Assembly (NCBI GenBank): GCA_038212275.1
Contig: JBBQUR010000005.1
Span: forward strand, 192,001 to 256,000
From: Planctomycetota bacterium
Lineage (GTDB): Bacteria; Planctomycetota; B15-G4
Reading direction: 5' to 3'
DNA: 64,000 nucleotides
Positions 11,979 through 24,519 of this stretch are shown here, piece after piece. Under the pieces are notes generated by a model. The model worked only from the letters and a program-made list of their open reading frames with translations, was not told where the DNA came from and searched no databases. A program made the translations under genes and the position numbers. Position 1 is the first letter of the stretch, and the number at the start of each line of letters is the position of its first letter.

Positions 11979-12014
11979 GCGCGGCGCTGCGGACGCGTGC
12001 TATCGAGGGGCGCC

Positions 12015-12521
12015 ATGTTCGCTCCGCCACGCTTCCGCCTGCTGCGCGAACAGGTCATCCGGCGACCGCTGCCCGAGGTCTTCGCCTTCTTCGCGGACGC
12101 GGCCAATCTGCAGGCCATCACGCCGGAATTCCTGGACTTCCGCATCGTGACGCCGCTGCCCATCGCGATGCGCGAAGGCGAACTCATCGACTACCGGCTG
12201 CGATTGTGCGGCGTGCCTTTCAGCTGGCGCACCCGCATCGAAACCTGGGAGCCGGGCGCGCACTTCACGGACAGGCAGGTCCGCGGTCCCTATGTGCTGT
12301 GGCATCATCAGCACGAGTTCCACGAGACGGACGGGGGCACGCGCATGATCGACACGGTGGACTACCAGCTGCCGTTCGGGCCGCTCGGGCATGCGACGCA
12401 TGCCGTGTTCGTGCGTGCGGCGCTGGCGCGCATCTTCGACCACCGGGCCCGGCGCATCGAAGAGCTGCTTGCGCCGGCGGATCACCTGCCACGTCCGGCT
12501 CGTGCAGCGGGAGCCCCGTGA
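12015..12521 (+). CDS. SRPBCC (ligand-binding START-like) family protein
   Basis: EVFAFFADAANLQAITP, W.TRI..W.P...FTD.QVRGPY..W.H.H.F, MID.V.Y.LPFG. Confidence 0.88.
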   Translation: MFAPPRFRLLREQVIRRPLPEVFAFFADAANLQAITPEFLDFRIVTPLPIAMREGELIDYRLRLCGVPFSWRTRIETWEPGAHFTDRQVRGPYVLWHHQHEFHETDGGTRMIDTVDYQLPFGPLGHATHAVFVRAALARIFDHRARRIEELLAPADHLPRPARAAGAP

Positions 12522-14035
12522 CGGCGCCGCGTCCGCTCGTGCTGGTCACCGGCTCCACCGGGTACGTCGGCGGGAGGCTCGTGCCGCGCTTGCTCGAACG
12601 CGGCTTCGCCGTGCGCGTGCTCGTGCGCGACCCGGCTCGCCTCGACGCCGGCCGCTGGCCGGGTGTGCAGGTCGTGTGCGGCGACGTGCTCGATCCCGCG
12701 ACCCTGGGCCGCGCGTTCGTCGGCTGCCGGCAGGCCTTCTATCTCATCCACGCGATGGCCGCCGGCGAGGAGGGCTTCGCCGAGCGCGATCGCCGCGCTG
12801 CGCAATCCTTCGGTGCTGCTGCGGCGGCCGCCGGCGTCTCGCGCCTCATCTATCTCGGCGGGCTCGGGGATCCGGACTCCGCGCTGTCACCGCACCTTGC
12901 CAGCCGCCAGCAGACGGGCGCAGCGCTGGCGGAGGCGGGTGTGCCGGTGCTCGAACTGCGCGCGGCTGTCATCGTGGGCTCGGGCAGCATCTCGTTCGAG
13001 ATGGTGCGTTACCTCGTGGAGCGCGTGCCGGTGCTCATCGCTCCGCGCTGGACGGCCACGCGCTGCCAGCCGATCGCCATCAGGGACGTGCTGCACTACC
13101 TGATCGCGGCCGCGGAGTTGCCCGACGCGGACGTCGGCAACGGCCGCATCGTGGAGATCGGCGGCGCCGACGTGCTGACCTACGGCGAGATGCTGCTGCG
13201 CTGTGCGCGTGCGCGCGGCCTGCGCCGCTGGCTGATTCACGTGCCGGTGCTCACGCCCCGGCTCTCGTCGCTGTGGGTGGACCTGGTCACGCCCATTCCC
13301 GCGGCGCTTGCACGTCCGCTCATCGAGGGGCTTCGCACCGAGGTCGTCGTGCGCGGCAACGACGCACGCACACTGTTTCCCGGGATCGATCCGGTGGACT
13401 ACGACGAGGCCGTGCGCCGGGCCCTGCAACGCCAGGGCGCCGGCGGGCTGGAGACGGTGTGGTCCGGCAGCCGCAGCTCGGCCTTCGATCGCTCACCGGC
13501 TCCGGTGGAGACGGCGCAGCGCGAAGGGCTCATCATCGAGAGGCGCGAAGTGCGCGTGGCGGCCGACGCGGAGCGCGTCTTCAAGGTCTTCACGGGACTT
13601 GGCGGCGATCGCGGCTGGCTCTGCGCCGACGCGCTGTGGAATCTGCGCGGCATCATCGACCGGCTCGTGGGCGGGCCGGGCATGCGGCGCGGGCGGCGCG
13701 ACCCCGACGAGCTGCGCGCCGGCGATGCCTGCGATTTCTGGCGCGTGCTGTCCGTGGAGCGCGGCAGGCACGTGCGCCTCGGCGCGGAGATGAAGCTGCC
13801 CGGCCGCGCGTGGCTCGAGTTCTCCGTGGAGCCCGTGGAATCCGTGGAGCCGACGGACCACGACTCGTCGGGAGGCGGCGCCGCCCCGGCCTCCCGCCTG
13901 CGCACGACGGCCATCTTCGAGCCGCGCGGCCTGCCGGGCCTGCTCTACTGGTACGGCCTGCTGCCGTTCCACAAGCTCATCTTCTCCGGCATGGTGGCCG
14001 CGATCGCGCGCCTCGCCGAGGCCCCCGGACCTTAG
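12518..14035 (+). CDS. NAD(P)-binding atypical SDR with C-terminal DUF2867 (YbjT-like)
   Basis: VLVTGSTGYVGGRL, IYLGGLG, GSGSISFEM, QPIAIRDVL, DFWRV, AEMKLPGRAWLEF, GLLYWY..LPFH; GTGA overlap. Confidence 0.9.
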   Translation: MTAPRPLVLVTGSTGYVGGRLVPRLLERGFAVRVLVRDPARLDAGRWPGVQVVCGDVLDPATLGRAFVGCRQAFYLIHAMAAGEEGFAERDRRAAQSFGAAAAAAGVSRLIYLGGLGDPDSALSPHLASRQQTGAALAEAGVPVLELRAAVIVGSGSISFEMVRYLVERVPVLIAPRWTATRCQPIAIRDVLHYLIAAAELPDADVGNGRIVEIGGADVLTYGEMLLRCARARGLRRWLIHVPVLTPRLSSLWVDLVTPIPAALARPLIEGLRTEVVVRGNDARTLFPGIDPVDYDEAVRRALQRQGAGGLETVWSGSRSSAFDRSPAPVETAQREGLIIERREVRVAADAERVFKVFTGLGGDRGWLCADALWNLRGIIDRLVGGPGMRRGRRDPDELRAGDACDFWRVLSVERGRHVRLGAEMKLPGRAWLEFSVEPVESVEPTDHDSSGGGAAPASRLRTTAIFEPRGLPGLLYWYGLLPFHKLIFSGMVAAIARLAEAPGP

Positions 14036-14100
14036 TCCGGCAAGCGCGGCGTTAGTCCGGCAAGCGCGGCGTCGATCCGGCAGGCGCGGCGTCGGTCCGA
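14032..14100. repeat. 20-bp tandem repeat (about 3.5 units) starting at the stop codon of the YbjT-like gene
   Basis: TTAGTCCGGCAAGCGCGGCG x2, then TCGATCCGGCAGGCGCGGCG and partial TCGGTCCGA. Confidence 0.85.
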
Positions 14101-14558
14101 TAAATGGAGGGCGTGAGGTGATCAGTCCATCGATCCGGCGAGGGATCGGGTCATCGCGATCGAGAATGTGGCCGCCGCACCGAAGACTGGGGAACCACCA
14201 CTGGATGTCCTGAGTGTCTGGCGACCGAGGGACCTGCAATGACCTTGTCTGGAGGTGACCTGTCTGGAGGCAGGTCGGAGCCGAACGATGTCCAGATCAC
14301 ACTCACGCCCTCTCTGTGCAAGACGCGCTGATGCCGAGGATGTAACCGTGCTGTGAGGGGAACAGCACGGCGCCCAGAAACCTGTGCAGTCATGCGAGGT
14401 TGCGCGGCGCGCGGCAGGAATTGTTTCGCGCGCAACGGACGTGGGCGGCAGACATCGAGTCTGGAACATGCGGCGCGGAAGACCCGGTGCGCGACATGTG
14501 AAAGGCGTCACGCATCGCGCGATACATCAGAGAGTTTCAGTGGATCGCGCGGTCCTGC

Positions 14559-15656
14559 TCAGCGCACGCGGCGACGACGATTGCGCACGTAGTCCACCAG
14601 CACGAAGGGCTGCAGCCGATCCGGCGCGGAGAAGTAGGCGCGGCCCTTGTTGGTGGCGGTGAAGCGCTCCACGAACTCCACCAGCGCCGGGTCGCTGGTG
14701 AGCATGAAGGTGGTGATGGGGATGCCCTGGCGCCGGCACGCGGCGGCTTCGTCGAGGGTCTTGTTGACCACGCGCTCATCAAGTCCGAAGGAGTTCTTGT
14801 AGATCAGGCCGCCTTCTTCCGTGAGCGCCGACGGCTTGCCGTCCGTGAGCATGAAGATCTGGCGATTGCCCTGCTTCTTGCGGCGCAGGATCTGCCGCGC
14901 GAGCTGCAGCCCGGCGCGCGTGTTGGTGTGGAATGGACCGACGCCGATGTATGGAAGCTCGTCGAGCGGCACCTCCCAGGCCTCGTCGCCGAAGAGCACG
15001 ACGTGCAGGTCGTCCTTCGGGTAGCGCGTGGTGATGAGCTCCGCGAGCGCCAGCGCCACCTGCTTGGCCGGCGTGATGCGGTCCTCGCCGTAGAGAATCA
15101 TGCTGTGGCTCACGTCGACCATGAGCACCGTCGCGCAGGACGAGAGCTGCTCGGTCTCGTGCACGCGCAGGTCGCGCTCCTCGATGGAGAGTTCGTCGGG
15201 GCCGGTGCGGCGCAGCGCCTCGGTCAGCGTGCCCGCGTTGTCGAGCAGGCCCAGCGCGTCGCCGAACTCCCAGGGCCGAGTCTCGGGCAGGCGCTCGGTG
15301 CCGGTGCCGGTGGCCGTGCTGCGATGATCGCCGGCCTGCCCGCCGGGGAGCCCCGCGAAGACCGCATCCAGCGAGGAGGTGCGCAGCAGCCGCTCGCCGC
15401 TGGGGGCCAGGCGCACCATGCCGGAGCGGTCCTCCGCGATGAGTTTCTCGCCGAGCAGTTGCTTGCGGACGTCCTCCAGCGTGAGGTCCGCGTCAAAGAG
15501 GTTGTGGCGCCGGCCGAGCTGCCCCAACCACTCCATGGCCTGCTCCGCGTCGCCGTTCGTGCGCAGCAGCAGCTCGAGGAACAGCCGCCGCAGCATGTCC
15601 ATGCGCTGCTCGCGCCGGCGGGCCTGCGGGTCGAAGCGTGAGTAGCGGACGTCCAT
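14559..15656 (-). CDS. VWA-domain protein (partner type of Mg-chelatase-like AAA+ ATPase)
   Basis: MIDAS DVSHSM, GEDRITPAK, HTNT..GL, MLTDGKPS; start at MDVRYSRF. Confidence 0.9.
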   Translation of the reverse strand: MDVRYSRFDPQARRREQRMDMLRRLFLELLLRTNGDAEQAMEWLGQLGRRHNLFDADLTLEDVRKQLLGEKLIAEDRSGMVRLAPSGERLLRTSSLDAVFAGLPGGQAGDHRSTATGTGTERLPETRPWEFGDALGLLDNAGTLTEALRRTGPDELSIEERDLRVHETEQLSSCATVLMVDVSHSMILYGEDRITPAKQVALALAELITTRYPKDDLHVVLFGDEAWEVPLDELPYIGVGPFHTNTRAGLQLARQILRRKKQGNRQIFMLTDGKPSALTEEGGLIYKNSFGLDERVVNKTLDEAAACRRQGIPITTFMLTSDPALVEFVERFTATNKGRAYFSAPDRLQPFVLVDYVRNRRRRVR

Positions 15657-15801
15657 CGGTGCGACCCATCCTAGCGCGGCCGATCGGTTCCGCCGGAGGG
15701 CAGGCACGCGCGTCGGCGTTTCCGGATCCTCTTCATGGGCGGGCCCGATGCCTGCCGTCGCGACTCCGCCCGCGCCGCCGCCGTCCCATGGAGTGCCGCC
15801 C

Positions 15802-18741
15802 GTGTCCCGCTGCCGCCCATGCTCCTGCTTCATGGCCCTGTTTCCGACGCTGCTCGCCCTGCTGTTCGTGGGGCGGCCCGCGGCCGGCCAGGTGCCGCTG
15901 CTCACTTACCACGGCAATTCCAACGGCGCGGAGTTCGGCACCGCACTCGCCTACGCCGAAGGCATCCAGGGCAAGTTCGTGCCGTACATCCTCGTGGGTT
16001 GCCCGGAGGACGACAGCGTCGGCGAGGATGCCGGCCGAGTCGACGTCTACAACAGTGGCGACGGCTCGCTCGTGCGCACGCACTACGGCGCGGCCACTGG
16101 CGACCGCTTCGGCACCGCGTTGGTCGGCCTCCAGGATCTGGACGGCGACGGGCATGGCGACTACGCGATCGGCGCGCCCTTCGCGGACAGCCACGGCACC
16201 GACTCCGGGCAGGTGAAGGTGTACTGCGGCACCGACGGCCATCTGATCGCCACGATCAACGGCCTGGCCGCCGGCGACCGTTTCGGCTCCGCCATGGGCA
16301 ACCTCGGGCTCATCAAGCTCAGCCCGTCGGACCCCGAGGGCCTGCCGAGTCTGGCCATCGGCGCGCCGTATGCCGACGGTCCGGCCGGCGCCGACACGGG
16401 TGCGGTCTTCTTCCGCATCGCCGACGGAAGCCTGATTCCGGGCGTGCTGCCCGAGAAGCGGGGCGTGCAGGCGGCCGAGCACTACGGCAGTGCGATCGAC
16501 GGGCGCCTTGACGCGTTGGTCATCGGCGCGCCCGACTACAACGGCCTCGCGGGCACCGACTCGGGTCGGTACGAGGCGTGGACCGTGTACGGACTCGGTA
16601 GCTCGGGGACGTTCGAGTTCGAGGTGCGCGGCACCGCGCCGAACGCGCATCTCGGCACCGCCGTCGCCATCGTCGACTGGCCGAAGCCGATCGCGACCCT
16701 CTATTCCGTCTACGCGGCGGGCGCGCCGGGCGGAACCTCGCCGTACGTGACGATCGACGCGATCAACACGCTGCTGGGCCAGCCGCCGCAGTCGCACCTG
16801 ACGACGCTCGTCGGTACGGGTGGCTTCGGCTCGGCCGTCGCCAGCACGGGCGCCTCTCTCGGCGGCGGTTCCCTCATCGCCATCGGCGCCCCGGACTTCG
16901 TGGTCGGCGGCACCTCCAAGGGCCGCGTCTGGATCTACGAGTACGGCACCTTCCTCAAGGCGGTGGACGGCGAGGTCACGGGCGAGCGCTTCGGCGCGAC
17001 GATCGCGGGACAGTTCGTGTACCCGGCGGTGTACCCGTACTCGTGGGATCACTTCCTCATCGGCGCGCCGCAGTCGGACGGCACGGTGCCGGACGCGGGC
17101 CGGGTCGTGCAGAACCACGTCGGCGACCTGCAGTTCGAGCTGCCGGCGCCGCCAACCTTCGGCGACGCCGCGGGCAGCGCCGTGGCTGGCGTCGGCGACA
17201 TCGACGGCGATGGCGTGCCCGACGTGCTCGTCGGCAGCCCGGACGACGATGTCCCGGCCTCGTTCCCGATCGTCAGTGAACGCATCGACTGCGGGAGTGC
17301 CAGGGTGCTGTCCGGCGCGACCGGCGCGGTGCTGCGCACGCACCTCGGCGGCTCCGACGGCGATCACCTCGGCGCATCGGTCGCGGCGCTGGGCGACATC
17401 AACCTCGATGGCACCACCGACTACGTGATCGGCGCACCGCAGTTCGACAACACGAGCACCACCGCCGGCTACGCGATCGTGGTGTCCGGCAAGACGGGCT
17501 CCACGCTGTTCACGCTGAACGGCTTCTTCAACTCCGGCGAGTTCGGCGCGGCGGTCGGCGGCGGCAGCGACGTGAACGGCGATGGCAGACCCGACATCCT
17601 GGTCGGCTCGCCAGGCACCTCCAACGGCAACGTGACCGCGTACTCGGGCATCAACGGCGCCTCGCTCGGCGTCGTCAACGGCGCGAACGCCGGCGACCGC
17701 TTCGGCGCCGCGGTCGCGGGCCTCGGCGCGGACCTCGACGGCGACGGCAAGCAGGAGTACGTCGTCGGCGCGCCGGGCTTCGACGGTCTCGGCGGCGCCG
17801 ACAGCGGGCGCGCCTACCTGATGAAGAGCGTCGTCTCGCTGTTGACGATCAACGCCGCGAGCGGTTTCCATGCGAACGATCACCTGGGCACGGCGGTCGC
17901 GGCCGCGGGCGACGTGAACAAGGACGGCAAGGCCGACTACCTCGTCGGCATTCCCGAGTACGACAGCCCGGCCACGGACGCCGGCCGCGTGCAGCTCCTC
18001 TCGGGCGTCGCCGGCTTGCCCACGCAGCTCGCGACGGTCTCGGGCCTCGGCGCCAACGACCGCTTCGGCAGCTCACTCACCGCCCTCGGCGACGTGAACC
18101 ACGACGGCTGGCTCGACTGGGCCGCCGGCGCGCGCGAGCTCGACCCGTTCCTGCCGGGCAACGGCTACGTGCGCATCATGTCCGGCAAGGACAACACGCA
18201 GCTTCTGCTCATCGCGGGCTCAGTGAGCGAGACCTTCGGCGCCGCGATCGCGGATGCCGGCGACGTGGATGGCGACGGCACGCGCGACCTGCTGGTCGGC
18301 GGCCCGTACGACAACAGCTTCGGGTACCACTCGGGCGCCGCGCACGTCGTCTCGCTCGCCACCGGCGCGCCGGTCTGGACCGACCTGGGCTTCGCGCTGG
18401 CCGGCACGCCGGGCCTGCCGTCGCTGGTGGGCACCGGCAGTCTGGTGGCCGGAACCGCCGGCGCGCTCACGCTCTCGAACGCGAAGGCCTCTTCGCTCGC
18501 GTACGTGTTCGTCGCGCTGTCCGCTGCGCCGACGCCGTTCAAGGGCGGCACGCTGGTGCCGATCCCGCCGCTGCTGACGCTCGTGCTGGGCACCAACGCG
18601 TCGGGCGGCCTGACGCTGCCGTGGGCCGCGTGGCCCGCGGGCCTCTCGGGCCTGGACCTGTACTTCCAGGAAGCGATCCAGGACGCCGCCGCGGTGAAGG
18701 GTGCCGCGCTGAGCAACGCGCTGCGCGCCGACGTGCCGTGA
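15802..18741 (+). CDS. Secreted FG-GAP (integrin-alpha beta-propeller) repeat protein with about 120-aa C-terminal domain (start 15802 or 15832)
   Basis: Many FG..VA..GD.DGDG..D..VGAP repeats; signal peptide; GGAG upstream of GTG 15802. Confidence 0.9.
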   Translation: MSRCRPCSCFMALFPTLLALLFVGRPAAGQVPLLTYHGNSNGAEFGTALAYAEGIQGKFVPYILVGCPEDDSVGEDAGRVDVYNSGDGSLVRTHYGAATGDRFGTALVGLQDLDGDGHGDYAIGAPFADSHGTDSGQVKVYCGTDGHLIATINGLAAGDRFGSAMGNLGLIKLSPSDPEGLPSLAIGAPYADGPAGADTGAVFFRIADGSLIPGVLPEKRGVQAAEHYGSAIDGRLDALVIGAPDYNGLAGTDSGRYEAWTVYGLGSSGTFEFEVRGTAPNAHLGTAVAIVDWPKPIATLYSVYAAGAPGGTSPYVTIDAINTLLGQPPQSHLTTLVGTGGFGSAVASTGASLGGGSLIAIGAPDFVVGGTSKGRVWIYEYGTFLKAVDGEVTGERFGATIAGQFVYPAVYPYSWDHFLIGAPQSDGTVPDAGRVVQNHVGDLQFELPAPPTFGDAAGSAVAGVGDIDGDGVPDVLVGSPDDDVPASFPIVSERIDCGSARVLSGATGAVLRTHLGGSDGDHLGASVAALGDINLDGTTDYVIGAPQFDNTSTTAGYAIVVSGKTGSTLFTLNGFFNSGEFGAAVGGGSDVNGDGRPDILVGSPGTSNGNVTAYSGINGASLGVVNGANAGDRFGAAVAGLGADLDGDGKQEYVVGAPGFDGLGGADSGRAYLMKSVVSLLTINAASGFHANDHLGTAVAAAGDVNKDGKADYLVGIPEYDSPATDAGRVQLLSGVAGLPTQLATVSGLGANDRFGSSLTALGDVNHDGWLDWAAGARELDPFLPGNGYVRIMSGKDNTQLLLIAGSVSETFGAAIADAGDVDGDGTRDLLVGGPYDNSFGYHSGAAHVVSLATGAPVWTDLGFALAGTPGLPSLVGTGSLVAGTAGALTLSNAKASSLAYVFVALSAAPTPFKGGTLVPIPPLLTLVLGTNASGGLTLPWAAWPAGLSGLDLYFQEAIQDAAAVKGAALSNALRADVP

Positions 18742-19045
18742 GGCTGGAGCCGCCGACCGTGTCCGTGCGCGACCGCGCTGTCGTCGTCGCGTTCGGGCTG
18801 CCGGTGACAGGGAAAGCGATGGGGAAAGCCGAAACGCCGGGGAAAACGTCGGTGAAAACGACGGGGAAAACGCCCGCCGCGATCCTGGCGCTGCTGGAAT
18901 CGGACCCGGGCCTGTCGCTCCCGGAGTTGGCTGAGCGCCTGGGCAAGTCTCCGCGCGCCATCGAGCGCGCCGTGAAGAAGCCCCGCGAGTCCGGCCGCCT
19001 GGAGCGCATCGGCCCCGCCAAGGGTGGCCGCTGGCACGTGATCGA

Positions 19046-19049
<4 letters not shown>
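18742..19049 (+). pseudogene. C-terminal remnant (winged HTH) of a RecG-C/AlbA- or Fic-like protein; could still be expressed from ATG 18819 as a 76-aa HTH
   Basis: ILALLESDP.LSLPELAERLGKS.RAIERAV..L.RIGPAKGG.WHV; preceded by LEPPTVSV..VVVAF with no clear start; overlaps hsdR start (GTGA). Confidence 0.55.
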
Positions 19050-20276
<1,227 letters not shown>

Positions 20277-20399
20277 GCCGGATACGACTCGTGCCTGGTC
20301 AACCTTGCATCGTCGGCCGACCGGCGTGACTCCGCAGGAATCCTCGGGGCGCCCACGCTGGGGCGACCCAGTCCCTGAATCCCGCAGCCCCGCAGTCCC

Positions 20400-22137
20400 T
20401 CAGTCCCGCAGGCTCTTCGCCATGTCGTCGAAGACGTCCTTGTAGATGCGGCCGCCGATCAGCTCGTCCTTGGCGACGAGCGAGTTCAGGTAGAGGCCTT
20501 CGAGGACCAGCTCCATCACGGCGGCGAGTTCTTCGTCGGTCTTGCTGGGCAGGTGGCGGTCCGCGACGTCGCGCAGACCCGGCACGGCGTCGAGCAGCGC
20601 GAAGAACTCGCGCGCGGGCAGCTCGTCGGAGAGGTCGAGCGTCCCGCCCTTGCGGAACCAGCGCAGGATGGGCTTGTAGGCCGAGTCTTCCTCGGGCGCA
20701 TCGAGGCTGCCGCTCGGGGCGGGGCCGTCGGGGCCGCGGCCCTTCGCCGAGCCGCCCTTGCCACCGCTTCCGCGCTCGGCGCCTGCGCGTCCGCCTCTCT
20801 CGCTGCTGCCACCGGCTGCGGAGTCTCCGGGTGCGCCGCCACGAGGTCGCGCATCGCTGCGACCCGTCACCGCGAGCGCATCGGGGAAGTGCCGCGCGAA
20901 GACGGTCTTCAGCGCGTGGCCCACGAGGTGCAGTGCCACGGCCGCGGGGCCCTCGCGCTCGCCTTCGTAGACCAGCTCGATCTTGCCGGTGATGGCCGGC
21001 GTCGCGGCGACGAGGTCGGCGACGCGAGCGACGGCGTGGCTCTCGTGCGCGAGGATCGCGCGGCGCTCGGCGCCCGAGACGAGGTTCTCCATGAGCGCGA
21101 TGGTGACGCGCGCGGAGACGCCGCTGTTCTGGTCCACGAACTCGTTGGCGCGCGCCGCGAAGGCCACGTCTTCCACCGCGTCCTTCAACCACTCGGGGAC
21201 GGTCACCACGACGGTGTCGCGGGCGTCGCCGGCATCGCCACTGCCGGCCACGCCGCCGGCCGCTCCGCGCGCCTCGCCGCCCGCGCCCTGCGGCACGGAG
21301 CGATCCACCCACGCCTCCTGCGCGGTGATCGCGCGGCCTTCGGCCAGCGTGCGCGGATAGTGCGTGAGGATCTGGCTCGAGATGCGGTCGCGCAGCGGCG
21401 TGATGATGCTGCCGCGGTTGGTGTAGTCCTCGGGATTGGCGCTGAAGACCAGCGCGAGGTCCAGCGGCAGGCGCACGGGGAAGCCGCGGATCTGCACGTC
21501 GCCCTCTTCCAGGATGTTCAGCAGGCCCACCTGGATGCGCGCCTGCAGGTCGGGCAGCTCGTTGATCGCGAAGATGCCGCGGTTGGTGCGCGGGATGATG
21601 CCGTAGTGGATGACCTCGGGGTCCGCGAAGGAGAGCTTGCGCGTCGCGGCCTTGATCGGGTCGATGTCGCCGATGAGGTCGGCGACGGTCACGTCGGGCG
21701 TCGCGAGCTTCTCGCGGTAGCGCTCCTCGCGCGGCCACCACGCGACGGGCAGGTCGTCGCCCATTTCCGCGTGGCGGCGCCGGCACGCGGCGCAGATCGG
21801 CGCGAGCGGGTCGTCGTTGAGTTCGCAGCCGGCGACGACGGGCACGGCGTCGTCCAGCAGCGCGGGCAGCGCGCGCAGCAGGCGCGTCTTGGCCTGGCCG
21901 CGCAGGCCCAGCAGGATGAAGTCGTGGCCGGAGAGAATGGCCTTCTGCACCTGCGGGACCACCGTGCGGTCGTAGCCGATGAGCCCGGGGAAGACGCTCT
22001 CGCCGCGGCGGAGCTTGTCGATGAGGTTCTCGCGCAGCTCCTGCTTCACGGGCCGGCTCTTCCAGCCGGACGCCTTGAGGGCGCCGAGGGTCCCGGCGCG
22101 CGAGTGGGGCTTCAAGCGGACCTCATGCGGACTGAGC

Positions 22138-22148
<11 letters not shown>
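20400..22148 (-). CDS. Mg-chelatase-like AAA+ ATPase (Rv0958-type)
   Basis: Walker [53 protein letters not shown]. Confidence 0.9.
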
Positions 22149-23292
<1,144 letters not shown>

Positions 23293-23426
23293 GACTGCCT
23301 TGTCGGATGCTCGAAGGGCGCGCCTGAACGGCTGGCCACTCTAGCCCCGCTTTCCCGCTTTCGCCGCATCGTTGCCGCGAAGGCGACGGCAGACCGCAGA
23401 ACTCCGGCGGCCGGGGCGCGGCCGGC

Positions 23427-23435
23427 TGCTAGGCT
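23427..23435 (+). promoter_or_regulatory. Putative extended -10 (TGcTAGGCT) of a leaderless methyltransferase transcript
   Basis: TAGGCT ends 7 nt before GTG 23443; no SD. Confidence 0.55.
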
Positions 23436-23442
23436 CGGCCCC

Positions 23443-24513
23443 GTGATCAAGTATCTGGGCAGCAAGCGCCGGCTCGTGGAGGCCATCGTGGCCCTGGTGG
23501 CCGGCGTGGACGGCGCGCGCTCCGTGCTGGACCTGTTCTCGGGCACCTCGCGCGTCGGCCACGCGCTGAAGTCCGCGGGCTTCCGCGTGCTGGCCAACGA
23601 CCACAATGCCTACGCGCAGGTCCTGGCGCGCTGCTACGTGCAGGCCGACCGGGAGGACGTGCTGCACGCGGCGGAGCAGCTCGTCGCCGAGTTCAATGCG
23701 CTGCCGGGCGCGCCGGGCTGGTTCACGGAGACGTATTGCGAGCGCTCGCGCTTCTTCCAGCCGGCCAACGGCGCACGCATCGAGGCGGTGCGCGAGGCCA
23801 TCGCGCGCAAGTCGCTCCCGCCGGAGCTGGAGGCCGTGCTGCTCGTCGCGCTCATGGAGGCCGCCGACCGCGTGGACAGCACCACCGGCGTGCAGATGGC
23901 CTACCTCAAGGCCTGGGCGCCGCGCGCCGGCCAGCCTCTGCGCCTGCGCATGCCCGAGGTCCTGCCGCGCGCGGCCGGTGGCAAGGGCGAGGCTCATGGG
24001 CTGGACGCGGTGGAGGCCGCCGGTCGCCTCGCCGCGGACGTGGCCTATCTCGATCCGCCGTACAACCAGCACAGCTATCTCGGCAACTACCACGTCTGGG
24101 AGACGCTCGTGCGCTGGGACCGGCCGCCGGTCTACGGCGTGGCCTGCAAGCGCGAGGACTGCCGCACGCGTCAGAGCGTGTTCAACTCGCGCCCGCGCTT
24201 TGCCGGCGTCATGCGGCGCGTCATCGAGAGCGTGGAGGCGCGCGTGCTCATCGTCTCCTTCAACGACGAGGGCTGGCTTCCACGCGACGAGCTGGAGGCG
24301 CTGCTTGCGAGCCGCGGGCCGGTGACGGTGATCGCGCACGATCATCCGCGCTACATCGGCGCTCAGATCGGCATCTACAATCCGCAGGGCGAGAAGGTGG
24401 GCCGCATCGGCCACCTGCGCAACACCGAATACCTTTACGTGGTCGGCACGGAGGGCGTCCCGCGCGGCATGGAGTCCGCAGCCGGGGTGCTCCCGCTTCG
24501 CACGGGGAGCTGA
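23443..24513 (+). CDS. DNA adenine methyltransferase (D12-like family), no cognate restriction enzyme seen
   Basis: IKYLGSK, DLFSGT (SAM binding), YLDPPY (catalytic), YLGNYHVWET. Confidence 0.9.
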   Translation: MIKYLGSKRRLVEAIVALVAGVDGARSVLDLFSGTSRVGHALKSAGFRVLANDHNAYAQVLARCYVQADREDVLHAAEQLVAEFNALPGAPGWFTETYCERSRFFQPANGARIEAVREAIARKSLPPELEAVLLVALMEAADRVDSTTGVQMAYLKAWAPRAGQPLRLRMPEVLPRAAGGKGEAHGLDAVEAAGRLAADVAYLDPPYNQHSYLGNYHVWETLVRWDRPPVYGVACKREDCRTRQSVFNSRPRFAGVMRRVIESVEARVLIVSFNDEGWLPRDELEALLASRGPVTVIAHDHPRYIGAQIGIYNPQGEKVGRIGHLRNTEYLYVVGTEGVPRGMESAAGVLPLRTGS

Positions 24514-24519
24514 GAGGCG

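Noticed and set aside
14151..14435. Fragment of a REP-associated tyrosine transposase (VIWTSFGSDLP)
   Set aside because: Only a faint resemblance; no HUH motif or coding bias
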